NCBI GenBank assembly: GCA_934476075.1
Contig: CAKSNH010000013.1
Location: 1 to 64,000 of the forward strand
DNA length: 64,000 nucleotides
Origin: an uncultured Clostridia bacterium
GTDB lineage: Bacteria > Bacillota > Clostridia > UBA1381
Direction of reading: 5' to 3'
Below, one piece after another: positions 28,077-38,300 of this stretch; positions within the stretch are counted from its first letter, which is position 1, and every line of letters starts with the position of its first letter. A program made the translations under genes and the position numbers. The notes under the pieces were generated by a model, which worked only from the letters and a program-made list of their open reading frames with translations, did no database searches and had not been told where the DNA came from.

Positions 28077-28651
28077 TAGAAATGAAAATCACAGCAATCT
28101 CCGCCGCAGCCCAAGGTTTTTGAACGTGAAAATCCCAATTTTTTAAGCTCCCCGTAAGTTACATTATCTACATCACAGAAAAGACGGCATAATTGTGCAC
28201 AATCATTTTCTGTGCAAGCTGTATGCCAAAGGCATTTTTTCATCGTCACATCAAAGTAATCCTTGCCATGTTTTTGTGTGCTTTCCCACAGGTCGGTTTT
28301 ACGAACAACTTGAAGAAATATATTACTGTAAAGAAAGTAGAAACATGGTAATTTTTCTAATTTAACCATAGATAAATGTTTCTGTTTTGCTACTATATCA
28401 ATCATGTATTTTTGCATATGCTTGTAAACTTCTTCTGCTGACATTTCGTCTTGCAGAATAGCTTTGTATAATGCTATTCTCGGAAGAATTGTTTGAATAA
28501 GAGTTTTTATTTGATTTTCTGACTTGTTTTTTATATTTTGAATAAGTTTATTAAATATTATTTCCTGCTTGTTAAACAATTCATTTCCTTTATCCGCTCC
28601 GAATTCTTCGTTTAAAAATTCTTTTATTTGCTTTTGCTGTTTTATTTTCAT
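28049..28651 (-). CDS. Hypothetical protein with a C-terminal cysteine cluster (possibly ATC-hydrolase-like; uncertain).
   Basis: C-terminal CLWHTACTENDCAQLCRLFCD...GCGGDCCDF. The start is reassigned to MKIKQQ at 28651, with RBS GAAGGTG. Confidence 0.4.
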   Translation of the reverse strand: MKIKQQKQIKEFLNEEFGADKGNELFNKQEIIFNKLIQNIKNKSENQIKTLIQTILPRIALYKAILQDEMSAEEVYKHMQKYMIDIVAKQKHLSMVKLEKLPCFYFLYSNIFLQVVRKTDLWESTQKHGKDYFDVTMKKCLWHTACTENDCAQLCRLFCDVDNVTYGELKKLGFSRSKTLGCGGDCCDFHFYKKKSTTIS

Positions 28652-28744
28652 ATCTGTAACACCTTCATAAATTATGATTTGACGAGTTAATATACACAAC
28701 AAACACTCACTCGAATTTCTCTCAAACCCACTCTTACTCACCAA

Positions 28745-29520
28745 ACTCGGTCAACGTCAGTAGCACTATACTTTCATTCATATCTATGTTTGCACTTTCC
28801 CACTAAACTCACCCCAACGGACACGCAAAAAGCGTATATCTACATTCCGTGGGCACAGAGGGTATGCCGTATCTATGTTTTGTTTGTGCAATATGTTCAA
28901 TCATGTTTACCACAAGCACTACGCTCTGACGGCACAAAATTCATGCGTCTAGGCAATAAATGAATTTTGCCGACACATTTGGAATATCTATGCTCGCAAT
29001 AGCTTTGCAGCGTGTGGGTCAAGGGTGTCCCTTGCGGACTTTTCCGTTTGCTTTGTGGACGCGGACAAAGCGAACTCCAAAGGGTTCGCTATAATTTGAT
29101 AATGTCTATGCCTATGGGGAAGTGAAACGTCCCCGTCGCTAAATGGGGGCAACGTCAGTCGCACTACACTTTGATGCTGTCTATGCTAGGATAGAACAAC
29201 AAATTGTAGCTTTGTGCATAGTCCACCGCAAGATGTATTTAGTTCACAGTAGCGTCATTCTTCCGCTACACAAATGTAGATATAGCCGAAAACATAGGGA
29301 TTTCGCTTGTTGCGACAAGCGACAAACTTTTAGAAAGTTTGAACAAATTTGGACGCTAAGGGGTGTTTCGCCGTCTGCGGACGGCGATTTAAGGCTCTGC
29401 CTTAAAAATTCGCAAGCCTTTAAAAAGGCTTGACCTAAACTTTGATGGGCTACGCTTTGTGTAAGCGACAAATTACTGTTCAGTGATTAGATTTACACAT
29501 TAATTATACTATTTTTTGTT
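28745..29520. ncRNA. Candidate large structured noncoding RNA region (ORF-free, hairpin-dense, GC-richer than the flanks).
   Basis: ~780 bp with no convincing ORF. It contains many short GC-rich hairpins (AGCGAAC/GTTCGCT, GGGGA/TCCCC, TCGCCGTC/GACGGCGA, CGCTTGT/ACAAGCG, GCCTTT/AAAGGC). It also contains a 25-nt imperfect direct repeat (CAACGTCAGT[AC]GCACTA[TC]ACTTT at ~28756 and ~29151) and five TCTATG-centred motifs. It lies downstream of tRNA-Gly. Confidence 0.3.
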
Positions 29521-29696
29521 GATTTAATCAATCTTGGGAGTATATTTTTCAAATAAGAAAAGTTAAGACCCAAAATAATACATAAAAGCGGACAGATTTT
29601 GCGAATATTTTAACAAAAATTCCTTTACAAAGCACATGATTAAGTATATAATAAAATAGTTCGTCATAAAATGAACATATAAATAATTTTGTTGGA

Positions 29697-30284
29697 GTGA
29701 GTTTTTTGGATTTATTTTCATTGTTTCTTATAGCGATTGGTTTGGCAATGGACGCATTCTCCGTATCCGTTACCGACGGTATCATTTTAAAGGGAAAACT
29801 GAAATTTAGAAATGCACTTAAAATAGGCTTGTTTTTCGGAATATTTCAGGCGGTTATGCCGTGTATAGGTTACGTTTTGGGATTTAATTTCAAAAGCTAC
29901 ATAGAAAGCGTAGACCATTGGGTGGCACTTATTCTGCTTGGATTTATAGGCGGTAAAATGCTGTATGACGGTATCAGGGGCGGCGATGACGAGGAAGCCG
30001 AGCTTGAAGGCAAAAATCCGCTCGACAACAAGGTATTGACCATACTTGCGGTAGCCACAAGCATTGACGCACTTGCTGTGGGGATAACACTTGCCACGAT
30101 GGATTGCAGTCTTGCACTTGCGTCGGGGGTAATCGGCACGGTGGCATTCGTATTGTCGATAGTCGGAGTTTATATAGGAAATAAGTGCGGTAACCTGTTC
30201 GGGAACAAGGCGGACATTGTCGGAGGCTTGGTTCTTGTGGGTATTGGCTTAAAAATACTGATTGAACACTTATTTTTCGTATAA
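29697..30284 (+). CDS. mntP: Manganese efflux pump MntP (GTG start).
   Basis: MSFLDLFSLFLIAIGLAMDAFSVSV... duplicated DUF204 halves with a Gly-rich acidic loop. Confidence 0.8.
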   Translation: MSFLDLFSLFLIAIGLAMDAFSVSVTDGIILKGKLKFRNALKIGLFFGIFQAVMPCIGYVLGFNFKSYIESVDHWVALILLGFIGGKMLYDGIRGGDDEEAELEGKNPLDNKVLTILAVATSIDALAVGITLATMDCSLALASGVIGTVAFVLSIVGVYIGNKCGNLFGNKADIVGGLVLVGIGLKILIEHLFFV

Positions 30285-30392
30285 AATGTAAAATTAAAAG
30301 AAATTTTTGATTTTTTTAAATTTACCTATTGCAAACTTTTTTGTAGTGTGGTATAATGCTAATAAATTAACAAAGAGATATTGAAACAACAA

Positions 30393-30452
30393 AGGTGTTG
30401 TGTATAGAGGACTTAATTGTACGGTTGAGTTCTGTATACATAACACCTTTTT
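30393..30452 (+). terminator. Long near-perfect hairpin plus a T tract between mntP and gatC (terminator or attenuator).
   Basis: AAAGGTGTTGTGTATAGAGG...CTGTATACATAACACCTTT followed by TTTTA. Confidence 0.55.
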
Positions 30453-30500
30453 TAGTTCAATCGGTTCTAAAATATTTTGTTGCATAAAGGGGAGAAGATT

Positions 30501-30779
30501 ATGTTTGATATTGAGCTTACCAAGCACCTTGCGGAACTTAGTAAAATATCATTTACCGATGATGAGCTTGAAAAGATGAATGCTCAGATGGGTGACATTA
30601 TAAATTTAATGGACAAAGTTAAGAACTTCGATAAAAACGATAAAACATATGCACTTGACGCAGTAAACTACCCGAATTTGCGTGCAGATGAACCACAGGA
30701 CTCATTTGATACGGACAAGATTTTATCAAATTCAAAGAAGGTACAGAATAACAGCTTTGTAGTGCCGAAAGTGGTTTGA
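30501..30779 (+). CDS. gatC: Glutamyl/aspartyl-tRNA amidotransferase subunit C.
   Basis: MFDIELTKHLAELSKISFTDDELEKM...NLRADE...VPKVV. RBS AAAGGGGAG. Confidence 0.8.
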   Translation: MFDIELTKHLAELSKISFTDDELEKMNAQMGDIINLMDKVKNFDKNDKTYALDAVNYPNLRADEPQDSFDTDKILSNSKKVQNNSFVVPKVV

Positions 30780-30808
30780 TTGAATTTTTAACGGAAGGAG
30801 CATGGGAT

Positions 30809-32245
30809 ATGTCTATTGCTAAATTGCGTGAGCAGCTTGATAAAAAAGAAATAAGTGCAAGGGAACTTACACAATCCTATTTGGATAAAATTAAAAATAC
30901 AGATAAAGAGTTAAACAGTTACATTACGGTCTGCGAAGAATCGGCACTTGACGAAGCCGACAAAGCACAGGAGATGATTGACGGCGGAAACAGCGGTGCA
31001 TTAACGGGAATACCGCTAAGCATTAAAGATAACATCTGTACAATCGGTACAAGAACAACGTGTGCGTCTAAAATGCTTGAAGATTTTGTGCCGATATACA
31101 ATGCGACCGCAATGGAAAAATTAAATAATGCCGGTGCGGTTATATTGGGCAAAACCAATATGGACGAGTTTGCGATGGGCGGTTCGTCACAGACATCGTA
31201 TTTCGGCGGTGTACATAATCCGTATGATACCTCTCGTGTAACGGGCGGTTCATCGGGCGGAGCGGCTGCAAGTGTAGCCGGCGGACTTTGCGTCGGAGCG
31301 TTAGGCTCGGATACGGGCGGTTCGGTTCGTCAGCCGGCATCATTCTGCGGCGTCACAGGCTTAAAGCCGACATACGGCAGAGTTTCACGTTACGGACTTA
31401 TCGCATTTGCATCATCGCTTGACCAAATCGGTACGCTTGCGAAAAGTGCCGAGGACTGCGGACTGATACTTTCGGCTATTTCGGGGTATGACTGCAACGA
31501 CAGAACTTCGGCAAAGGTTGAAGATGTGAATGTAAACGCAAAAATCGGTATGAGCCTGAAAGGAATTAAAATCGGTATACCGGCAGAATTTTTTGCGGAG
31601 GGTGTCCGTGAGGACGTTAAAAATACGGTTATGGCGGCGGCAAAAGCATACGAGAGCATGGGTGCGGAATTGGTTTCGGTATCGCTGCCGAGCCTTGAAT
31701 ATGCGGTTTCGGCTTACTATTTGATTTCATCGGCTGAGGCGGCAAGCAACCTATCACGTTATGACGGTGTTAAGTACGGCTACCGTTCGCAAGTCGGCGA
31801 AAACTTTAACGAGCTTATCAAAAATACACGCCGTGAGGCGTTCGGCGATGAGGTTAAGAGAAGAATTTTACTCGGTAACTACGCATTGTCAAGCGGTTAC
31901 TATGACGCATATTATAAAGGAGCGTCAAAAATCCGCACACAGATTAAGAAAGAGTATAACGATATTTTTGAAAAATGCGACTGCATATTGACACCGACAG
32001 CCCCGACAACGGCTTATAAAATCGGTCAGCAGGAAAATGACCCCGTTAAAATGTACACGGCGGATATTTGCACGGTTACGGTTAATATTGCCGGACTGCC
32101 GGCAATATCCACAACCTGCGGTTATGACAGCGACGGTATGCCGATTGGTATGAGCATTGTGGGAAAAATGTTTGATGAGGCTACAATTATTGCGGTTTGT
32201 GACGCTTTTGAAAAGAGTTTTGTAAGAAAAGAGGTGCAAGGCTAA
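30809..32245 (+). CDS. gatA: Glutamyl/aspartyl-tRNA amidotransferase subunit A (amidase signature).
   Basis: Amidase signature GGSSGGAAASVAGG. RBS GGAAGGAG, with the start at MSIAKLREQL. Confidence 0.9.
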   Translation: MSIAKLREQLDKKEISARELTQSYLDKIKNTDKELNSYITVCEESALDEADKAQEMIDGGNSGALTGIPLSIKDNICTIGTRTTCASKMLEDFVPIYNATAMEKLNNAGAVILGKTNMDEFAMGGSSQTSYFGGVHNPYDTSRVTGGSSGGAAASVAGGLCVGALGSDTGGSVRQPASFCGVTGLKPTYGRVSRYGLIAFASSLDQIGTLAKSAEDCGLILSAISGYDCNDRTSAKVEDVNVNAKIGMSLKGIKIGIPAEFFAEGVREDVKNTVMAAAKAYESMGAELVSVSLPSLEYAVSAYYLISSAEAASNLSRYDGVKYGYRSQVGENFNELIKNTRREAFGDEVKRRILLGNYALSSGYYDAYYKGASKIRTQIKKEYNDIFEKCDCILTPTAPTTAYKIGQQENDPVKMYTADICTVTVNIAGLPAISTTCGYDSDGMPIGMSIVGKMFDEATIIAVCDAFEKSFVRKEVQG

Positions 32246-33663
32246 TGAAATATATTCCTGTAATCGGTCTTGAAATTCACGCAGAAATGCTTACTCATTC
32301 AAAGGTATTCTGTTCCTGTTCGGCGGAATTCGGCGGCGACGCAAACAGCAGAGTCTGCCCAAGATGTTCGGGACTTCCGGGCACACTTCCCGTTGTAAAT
32401 CAAGGGGCGGTGACTTTGGCGGCTCGTGCCGGCTTTGCACTCGGCTGTTCGGTAAACGGATATTCTTCGTTCGACAGAAAGAACTATTTTTATCCCGATT
32501 TGCCGAAAGCATATCAGATTACGCAGTTTGAAAATCCTATATGCGGAGCGGGAGCGATTGAGGTAAACGGTAAAAAGTTCAGAATTAATCATATACATAT
32601 AGAGGAAGATGCCGGTAAATTGGTGCATGACGATTATGAGGGTGTATCAATGGCAGACTATAATCGCTGCGGTGTTCCGCTTATTGAAATTGTTACCGAA
32701 CCCGACATGAGGAGTGCCGAGGAGGCAAGGGATTTTGTTGCTGAAATTGCACTTCGTTTAAGATATGCCGGTGTATGCGATGCGAAAATGGAGCAAGGCT
32801 CACTTCGAGTTGACGTAAACATTTCGCTTATGCCGTATGATTCGGACGTATTCGGTACTCGTGCTGAAATTAAGAATTTGAACTCGCTTAAATCTATCGT
32901 GAGAGCTATTGAATATGAAATTGAAAGACAGAGCGAGATTTTGGATAAAGGCGAAAAAGTCATTCAGGAAACAAGACATTTCAACGATAACCACGGGACT
33001 ACAAAATCGCTTCGTTCAAAGGAAGAAGCACACGATTACCGCTATTTCCCCGAACCGGATATACCGCCTGTATTTTTGACAGACGAGGAAATTGAGGAAA
33101 TACGAAACAGTATGCCCGAAATGCCGTACAAGAGATACGAAAGATATACAAGCGAATATAATCTGCCGGAGGCGGACGCTAATCTGCTTATAGCAGACAA
33201 GGATTTATCGGACTTTTATGACAGTGCGGTAAAGGAATATCCGAACTATAAAGCGGTTTCAAATATGGTTTTGGGTGAATTTTTGAGAAATATCAATGAT
33301 ACGGCGGTTGCGGTGGCGGACGTTAAGATTGCTCCGAGCGATTTGGCACAAACGGTTAAAATGAGTGAGGACGGTATTGTCAGCAAGAATGCCGCAAAGG
33401 ATATTGTAAAAATCATGTTTGAAAAGGGCGGCAAGCCACAGGATATTGCAAAGGCAAACGGTCTTATTATGGAAAATGACTCGTCGGCACTTGAAGAAGT
33501 TATCGACAGGGTAATAGGCGAAAATGCAGAATCTGTCCAAAGCTTTAAGGACGGCAACCAAAAGGTGTTCGGTTTCTTGATGGGACAGGTAATCAGATAT
33601 GCCGGCAAGGGTGCTAACCCGAAAATGGCAAAGGATTTATTGATGAAAAAGATTAACGGCTAA
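32245..33663 (+). CDS. gatB: Glutamyl/aspartyl-tRNA amidotransferase subunit B.
   Basis: MKYIPVIGLEIHAEMLTHSKVFCSC... The ATGA overlap with gatA indicates translational coupling. Confidence 0.9.
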   Translation: MKYIPVIGLEIHAEMLTHSKVFCSCSAEFGGDANSRVCPRCSGLPGTLPVVNQGAVTLAARAGFALGCSVNGYSSFDRKNYFYPDLPKAYQITQFENPICGAGAIEVNGKKFRINHIHIEEDAGKLVHDDYEGVSMADYNRCGVPLIEIVTEPDMRSAEEARDFVAEIALRLRYAGVCDAKMEQGSLRVDVNISLMPYDSDVFGTRAEIKNLNSLKSIVRAIEYEIERQSEILDKGEKVIQETRHFNDNHGTTKSLRSKEEAHDYRYFPEPDIPPVFLTDEEIEEIRNSMPEMPYKRYERYTSEYNLPEADANLLIADKDLSDFYDSAVKEYPNYKAVSNMVLGEFLRNINDTAVAVADVKIAPSDLAQTVKMSEDGIVSKNAAKDIVKIMFEKGGKPQDIAKANGLIMENDSSALEEVIDRVIGENAESVQSFKDGNQKVFGFLMGQVIRYAGKGANPKMAKDLLMKKING

Positions 33664-33699
33664 AATATTTTATAATATACAATGAATGGGGGAGTGAAT

Positions 33700-35010
33700 A
33701 TGCAGACAGCAGACGGTGCAAGCCTTTTAAAGACAGTTACACTCGATGATATGGAAAAGGCTGTCGGCGGAAGTATCACATTTTGTGCTTGTGTACATAA
33801 GGTGCGAAGTATGAAAAATTTTGCTTTCGTATTGCTCAGAACAGGCAGATATGTATTCCAGTCGGTTTATTCCGAGGATACCTGCAAAGGCAGTCTTGAC
33901 GATATAAGCGAGGGTGTTTATGTGAAAATCACAGGCAGTGTGAAAGAGGATAAGCGTGCAAATTACGGCTATGAAATCACACTTGAAGATTTTGAGGTTT
34001 TGTCAAGACCGGCGGCGGATTATCCGCTTCATGTGTCGGACAAAAATATCGGTTGTCCGATTGAAACAAATTTGAATTACAGAAGTGTGGCACTCAGAAA
34101 TCCACGTCAGAGAGCGGTGTTTAAAATCAGTGAGGGCGTATGTGAGGGATTCAGACGGTTTATGCTGGAAAACGGTTTTACGGAAATTCACAGCCCTAAG
34201 ATTGTTGCCGCCGGTGCGGAGGGCGGTGCGAATATTTTCAAATTGAAGTATTTCGGAAACGATGCGTTTTTGGCACAAAGTCCGCAGTTTTACAAGCAGA
34301 CCTGCGTGGCATTCTTTGACAGAGTGTTTGAGGTTGCACCCGTATACCGTGCGGAAAAGCACAACTCGACACGTCACTTAAACGAATATATCGGTCTTGA
34401 CTTTGAAATGGGCTTTATCGACAGTATGCGTGATGTAATGCAGATGGAAACGGCGATGCTTAAATATGTGGTTGATTATATAAAAGAGCCGTACAAAAAT
34501 GAATTGGAGCTGCTTGGGGCAGAATTGCCGGAGATTAAGAAAATTCCGATTGTGACTTTCTTTGAGGCACTTGATATAGTGGGTTCGAGCCACAACAAGG
34601 CTGACCTTGACCCACAGGACGAAATTGATTTGTGCAATTATGCAAAGGAAAAGTACGGCAGTGAATTTATATTTGTTGAGAAATTCCCTGCATTAAAGCG
34701 TCCGTTCTATGCGATGAATTCAAAGGAAGACGAAAAGCTTGCCGAAAGTTTCGACTTGCTGTTCAGAGGTCTTGAAATCACCACGGGCGGACAGCGTATA
34801 CACGATTATAACGAACAGGTTGCCAAAATGGAGAAGTTCGGTATGAATCCCGATGATTTGAAGGTATATCTTGATATTCATAAATACGGTATGCCGCCTC
34901 ACGGAGGGTTGGGTATCGGTCTTGAAAGATTGGTAATGAAATTGCTTGGCTTGCAGAATATCAGAGAGGCGAGCCTGTTCCCAAGAGATATTACACATCT
35001 TGACCCATAA
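33700..35010 (+). CDS. aspS: Aspartate--tRNA ligase, archaeal/eukaryal type (AspRS2, ~435 aa), probably non-discriminating.
   Basis: Class II aaRS motifs. The C-terminus GGQRIHDYNEQ...YGMPPHGGLGIGLERLVMKLLGLQNIREASLFPRD matches archaeal-type AspRS motif 3, not bacterial AspRS or AsnRS. It is the last gene of the gatCAB cluster. Confidence 0.7.
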   Translation: MQTADGASLLKTVTLDDMEKAVGGSITFCACVHKVRSMKNFAFVLLRTGRYVFQSVYSEDTCKGSLDDISEGVYVKITGSVKEDKRANYGYEITLEDFEVLSRPAADYPLHVSDKNIGCPIETNLNYRSVALRNPRQRAVFKISEGVCEGFRRFMLENGFTEIHSPKIVAAGAEGGANIFKLKYFGNDAFLAQSPQFYKQTCVAFFDRVFEVAPVYRAEKHNSTRHLNEYIGLDFEMGFIDSMRDVMQMETAMLKYVVDYIKEPYKNELELLGAELPEIKKIPIVTFFEALDIVGSSHNKADLDPQDEIDLCNYAKEKYGSEFIFVEKFPALKRPFYAMNSKEDEKLAESFDLLFRGLEITTGGQRIHDYNEQVAKMEKFGMNPDDLKVYLDIHKYGMPPHGGLGIGLERLVMKLLGLQNIREASLFPRDITHLDP

Positions 35011-35381
35011 AAATAAACAGTAAAGTGTAGATTTTGGTTATTAATTTGTATATCTTTTACGGAATTTAATAGTGCATAAAAAATACTTGTAAAAAGAATA
35101 GTTTGTTGATATAATAGAAAATGTTAGTATGGATTAACTTGTCGCATGGGTGCGTGACAATCCGAACATTGTTTATAATATCAACAGTATGTAAAACAAA
35201 GGCGTTTTATATTCCGTTATATTAGGATTATAGTACGCCTTGTTGTGTATATATAGTTATTAACACTTGAAAAAGTGTGATTATAAAATCAGAGTACATA
35301 TGTATTTTGAAACTTAATTTAGTAAATTTATAAACAATATGCGTGGATAACCATGCGGTTAATATTTAGGAGGTAAAATAT

Positions 35382-37457
35382 ATGTCAGTATCAGAAATCT
35401 TCGGAAGCAACGTGTTTAACCTAACAGTTATGAAGGAACGTCTTCCAAAAGACACATTCAAATCAATCGAAAAAACTATCAAGGAAGGAACACCGCTTGA
35501 ACCGTCGGTAGCAGAAGTTGTTGCAAATGCTATGAAAGACTGGGCAATCGAAAAAGGTGCTACACACTACACACACTGGTTCCAGCCGATGACAGGTATC
35601 ACAGCTGAAAAACATGACGCTTTCATTACTCCGGCAGAGGACGGCAAAGTAATCATGGAGTTTTCGGGTAAGGAGCTTATCATGGGCGAACCTGACGCAT
35701 CAAGCTTCCCGTCAGGCGGTTTGAGAGCAACATTTGAGGCTCGTGGCTACACAGCATGGGACCCTACATCATATGCGTTCATCAAAGACGGTTCACTTTG
35801 TATTCCAACAGCTTTCTGCTCATACTCAGGTGAAGTTTTGGATAAAAAGACTCCGCTTTTGCGTTCAATGGAGGCTGTAAATAAAGAGGCTTTGAGAGTA
35901 TTGAAGTTCTTTGATTCAAAAGCTACAAGAGTTGTGTCATATGTCGGCCCTGAACAAGAATATTTCCTAACAGATGTTAAGCTATACAAACAACGTAAAG
36001 ACTTGATTTTGACAGGCAGAACACTATTCGGTGCAAAACCGTCAAAAGGTCAGGAACTTGAAGACCACTATTTCGGTACAATCAAAGAGCGAGTATCTGA
36101 GTTCATGAAAGAAATCGACGATGAACTTTGGAAATTGGGCGTACTTGACAAGACAAAACATAACGAAGTTGCTCCTGCTCAGCACGAACTTGCTCCTATT
36201 TTCTCAACAGCGAATATCGCTTGTGACCACAACCAGCTGACAATGGAAATCATGAAGAAAGTAGCTAACCGTCACGGTTTGGTATGCTTGCTGCATGAAA
36301 AGCCGTTCGAGGGTGTAAACGGTTCGGGTAAGCACAACAACTGGTCAATCGGTACAAATGACGGTGAACAATTATTAAAGCCGGGCAAAAACCCAATCAA
36401 GAACAAACAATTCCTATTGTTCCTAAGTGCGGTAATCAAAGCGGTTGACGAATACGGCGATTTGCTTAGAGTATCTGTTGCAACAGCCGGCAACGACCAC
36501 CGTTTGGGTGCTAACGAAGCTCCTCCGGCTATCGTATCAATGTTCTTGGGCGAACAATTAACTTCTGTTCTGCACGCTTTAAAAGAGGGCAAGACAACAA
36601 TGGAACAAACAGTATCTGTTCTTGAAACAGGTGTTGATACACTTCCTGTAATCAATAAGGACGCAACAGACAGAAACAGAACATCACCGTTTGCATTCAC
36701 AGGAAACAAGTTCGAGTTCAGAATGCCGGGTTCTGCACAATCTATCGCAGGTATCAACATTGTTATCAACACAATCGTTGCGGAAACATTGTCACAATTT
36801 GCCGACAGATTGGAAAAAGCAACAGATGTGGATACAGAAATCATGAACATCGTTATGGATACAATCAAAGAAAACAGCAGAATTATCTTCAACGGCAACA
36901 ACTATTCAGATGAATGGGTACAAGAGGCTGAAAGACGAGGCTTGCCAAATCTTAGAACATCAGCAGACGCACTTCCGTTGTTTGCATCTGAAAAGAGCGT
37001 TAAGCTATTTGAAAAGCACAACGTATTTACAAGAGCGGAAACAGAATCTCGTACAGACATCATGATTGAGGATTACAGCAAGGCATTGCACATTGAGGCT
37101 CTTACAATGCTTGAAATGGCAAACAGAGAAATTCTTCCTGCTTGTATTGCATACTCAACAGATGTTCTTCAATCAATCACAATGAAGAAATCAATCGGTT
37201 TGGAAGTACCTAACCAAGAAAAGCTTGTAGGCGAAATTTCAGCTTTGACAGAAACAATGATTTCACAAATTAATTCATTGCAAGCCATTATGGACAGCGT
37301 TCCGGAAGAATCTGTTATCGGTACAGCCAACTATTACAGAGATACCGTTATCCCTGCAATGGACGATTTGAGAGCAACAGCAGATACTTTGGAAACAAAA
37401 GTAAGCAAAGACTTCTGGCCGTTCCCTACATACGAAGATTTGTTATATAATGTTTGA
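35382..37457 (+). CDS. glnN: Glutamine synthetase type III (GlnN).
   Basis: 691 aa with a GSIII-type N-terminus ([11 protein letters not shown]) and catalytic core. RBS TAGGAGG. Confidence 0.85.
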   Translation: MSVSEIFGSNVFNLTVMKERLPKDTFKSIEKTIKEGTPLEPSVAEVVANAMKDWAIEKGATHYTHWFQPMTGITAEKHDAFITPAEDGKVIMEFSGKELIMGEPDASSFPSGGLRATFEARGYTAWDPTSYAFIKDGSLCIPTAFCSYSGEVLDKKTPLLRSMEAVNKEALRVLKFFDSKATRVVSYVGPEQEYFLTDVKLYKQRKDLILTGRTLFGAKPSKGQELEDHYFGTIKERVSEFMKEIDDELWKLGVLDKTKHNEVAPAQHELAPIFSTANIACDHNQLTMEIMKKVANRHGLVCLLHEKPFEGVNGSGKHNNWSIGTNDGEQLLKPGKNPIKNKQFLLFLSAVIKAVDEYGDLLRVSVATAGNDHRLGANEAPPAIVSMFLGEQLTSVLHALKEGKTTMEQTVSVLETGVDTLPVINKDATDRNRTSPFAFTGNKFEFRMPGSAQSIAGINIVINTIVAETLSQFADRLEKATDVDTEIMNIVMDTIKENSRIIFNGNNYSDEWVQEAERRGLPNLRTSADALPLFASEKSVKLFEKHNVFTRAETESRTDIMIEDYSKALHIEALTMLEMANREILPACIAYSTDVLQSITMKKSIGLEVPNQEKLVGEISALTETMISQINSLQAIMDSVPEESVIGTANYYRDTVIPAMDDLRATADTLETKVSKDFWPFPTYEDLLYNV

Positions 37458-37492
37458 TTTTTGTAATTGAATATGGTAATATAGAATTATGA

Positions 37493-37527
37493 TAAAGCAC
37501 GATTAGTATTAATCGTGCTTTGTTTTT
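37493..37527 (+). terminator. Intrinsic terminator of glnN.
   Basis: AAAGCACGATTA-GTATTA-ATCGTGCTTT followed by GTTTTTG. Confidence 0.7.
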
Positions 37528-37616
37528 GTAAAGGTAAATAAATCATAATTTAATATACCCCAAAAAAACAAACAGGATATACGAATAAATATAATGTATT
37601 TATAAGGAATGGTAAA

Positions 37617-38300
37617 ATGAATATAAACGAGTATGTGTCAGAGATAAAGGACGACAATACAAAAATAGATGTATTCATTGAAGAATACAAACCGTTCATT
37701 ATGGGTGTGGTTTCAAGAAAACTGGGCGGTTTTTTTGAATATGGCGTGGACGAGGAACTGAGTGTGGCACTCGGTGCGTTTTTGGAGGCGATAAACGGCT
37801 TCGACCAAAACAAAGGAAATTTCCTATCCTTTGCGTCTACCGTCATTCACAGACGCTTGATTGATTTTCTGCGGCGGAAAAAACATAATGAACTGTCCAT
37901 AGAGGACTGCGAGGAGAATAACCCCGCTTTGCTTGGTAAAAGCTCCGTTGAGTCGTACAATCAGAGTGAGTATGAAGAAAATCTGCGTATTGAACTTGAA
38001 ATGTTCCGCCGTGAATTGTCCGTGTTCGGAATAAGCATGGAAAAGCTGGTTAAAGCGTCACCAAAGCAGAAAGGAACACGAAAACTGTATAATACAGTTG
38101 TTTCGTACATAACCCAAAATGAAGAAATTTTAACCCAGATTTTGCAAAAAGGCTATATGCCCGTTACGGCAGTGAGCGAGAATTTGGGTATTAACCGCAA
38201 GAAAATAGAACGTGGACGTGATTATATTATTGCGTGCGTGATTATTCAGCATGGAGATTATGTGTATATGAAAGAATATATTAAGTGGGAGGTGATATAA
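37617..38300 (+). CDS. sigI: SigI-family RNA polymerase sigma factor.
   Basis: Sigma-70 region 2 plus the SigI-type C-terminal domain. It is followed, with a 1-nt overlap, by an RsgI_N-containing anti-sigma factor. Confidence 0.7.
   Translation: MNINEYVSEIKDDNTKIDVFIEEYKPFIMGVVSRKLGGFFEYGVDEELSVALGAFLEAINGFDQNKGNFLSFASTVIHRRLIDFLRRKKHNELSIEDCEENNPALLGKSSVESYNQSEYEENLRIELEMFRRELSVFGISMEKLVKASPKQKGTRKLYNTVVSYITQNEEILTQILQKGYMPVTAVSENLGINRKKIERGRDYIIACVIIQHGDYVYMKEYIKWEVI

Noticed and set aside
29143-29433. 96-aa plus-strand ORF within the ORF-free structured tract.
   Set aside because: Atypical composition, no RBS, and it overlaps multiple hairpins. It was treated as non-coding.
29500-29696. 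Looked for a yybP-ykoY manganese riboswitch upstream of mntP.
   Set aside because: The region is extremely AT-rich and lacks the conserved GGAGAGTAG / GGGGAGTA-type core elements. No call made.
30330-30480. Possible T-box leader upstream of gatC.
   Set aside because: Only a single long perfect hairpin plus a T tract is present. There is no specifier-loop or T-box antiterminator consensus (AATTAGGGTGGTACCGCG-like). It was called a terminator/attenuator instead.
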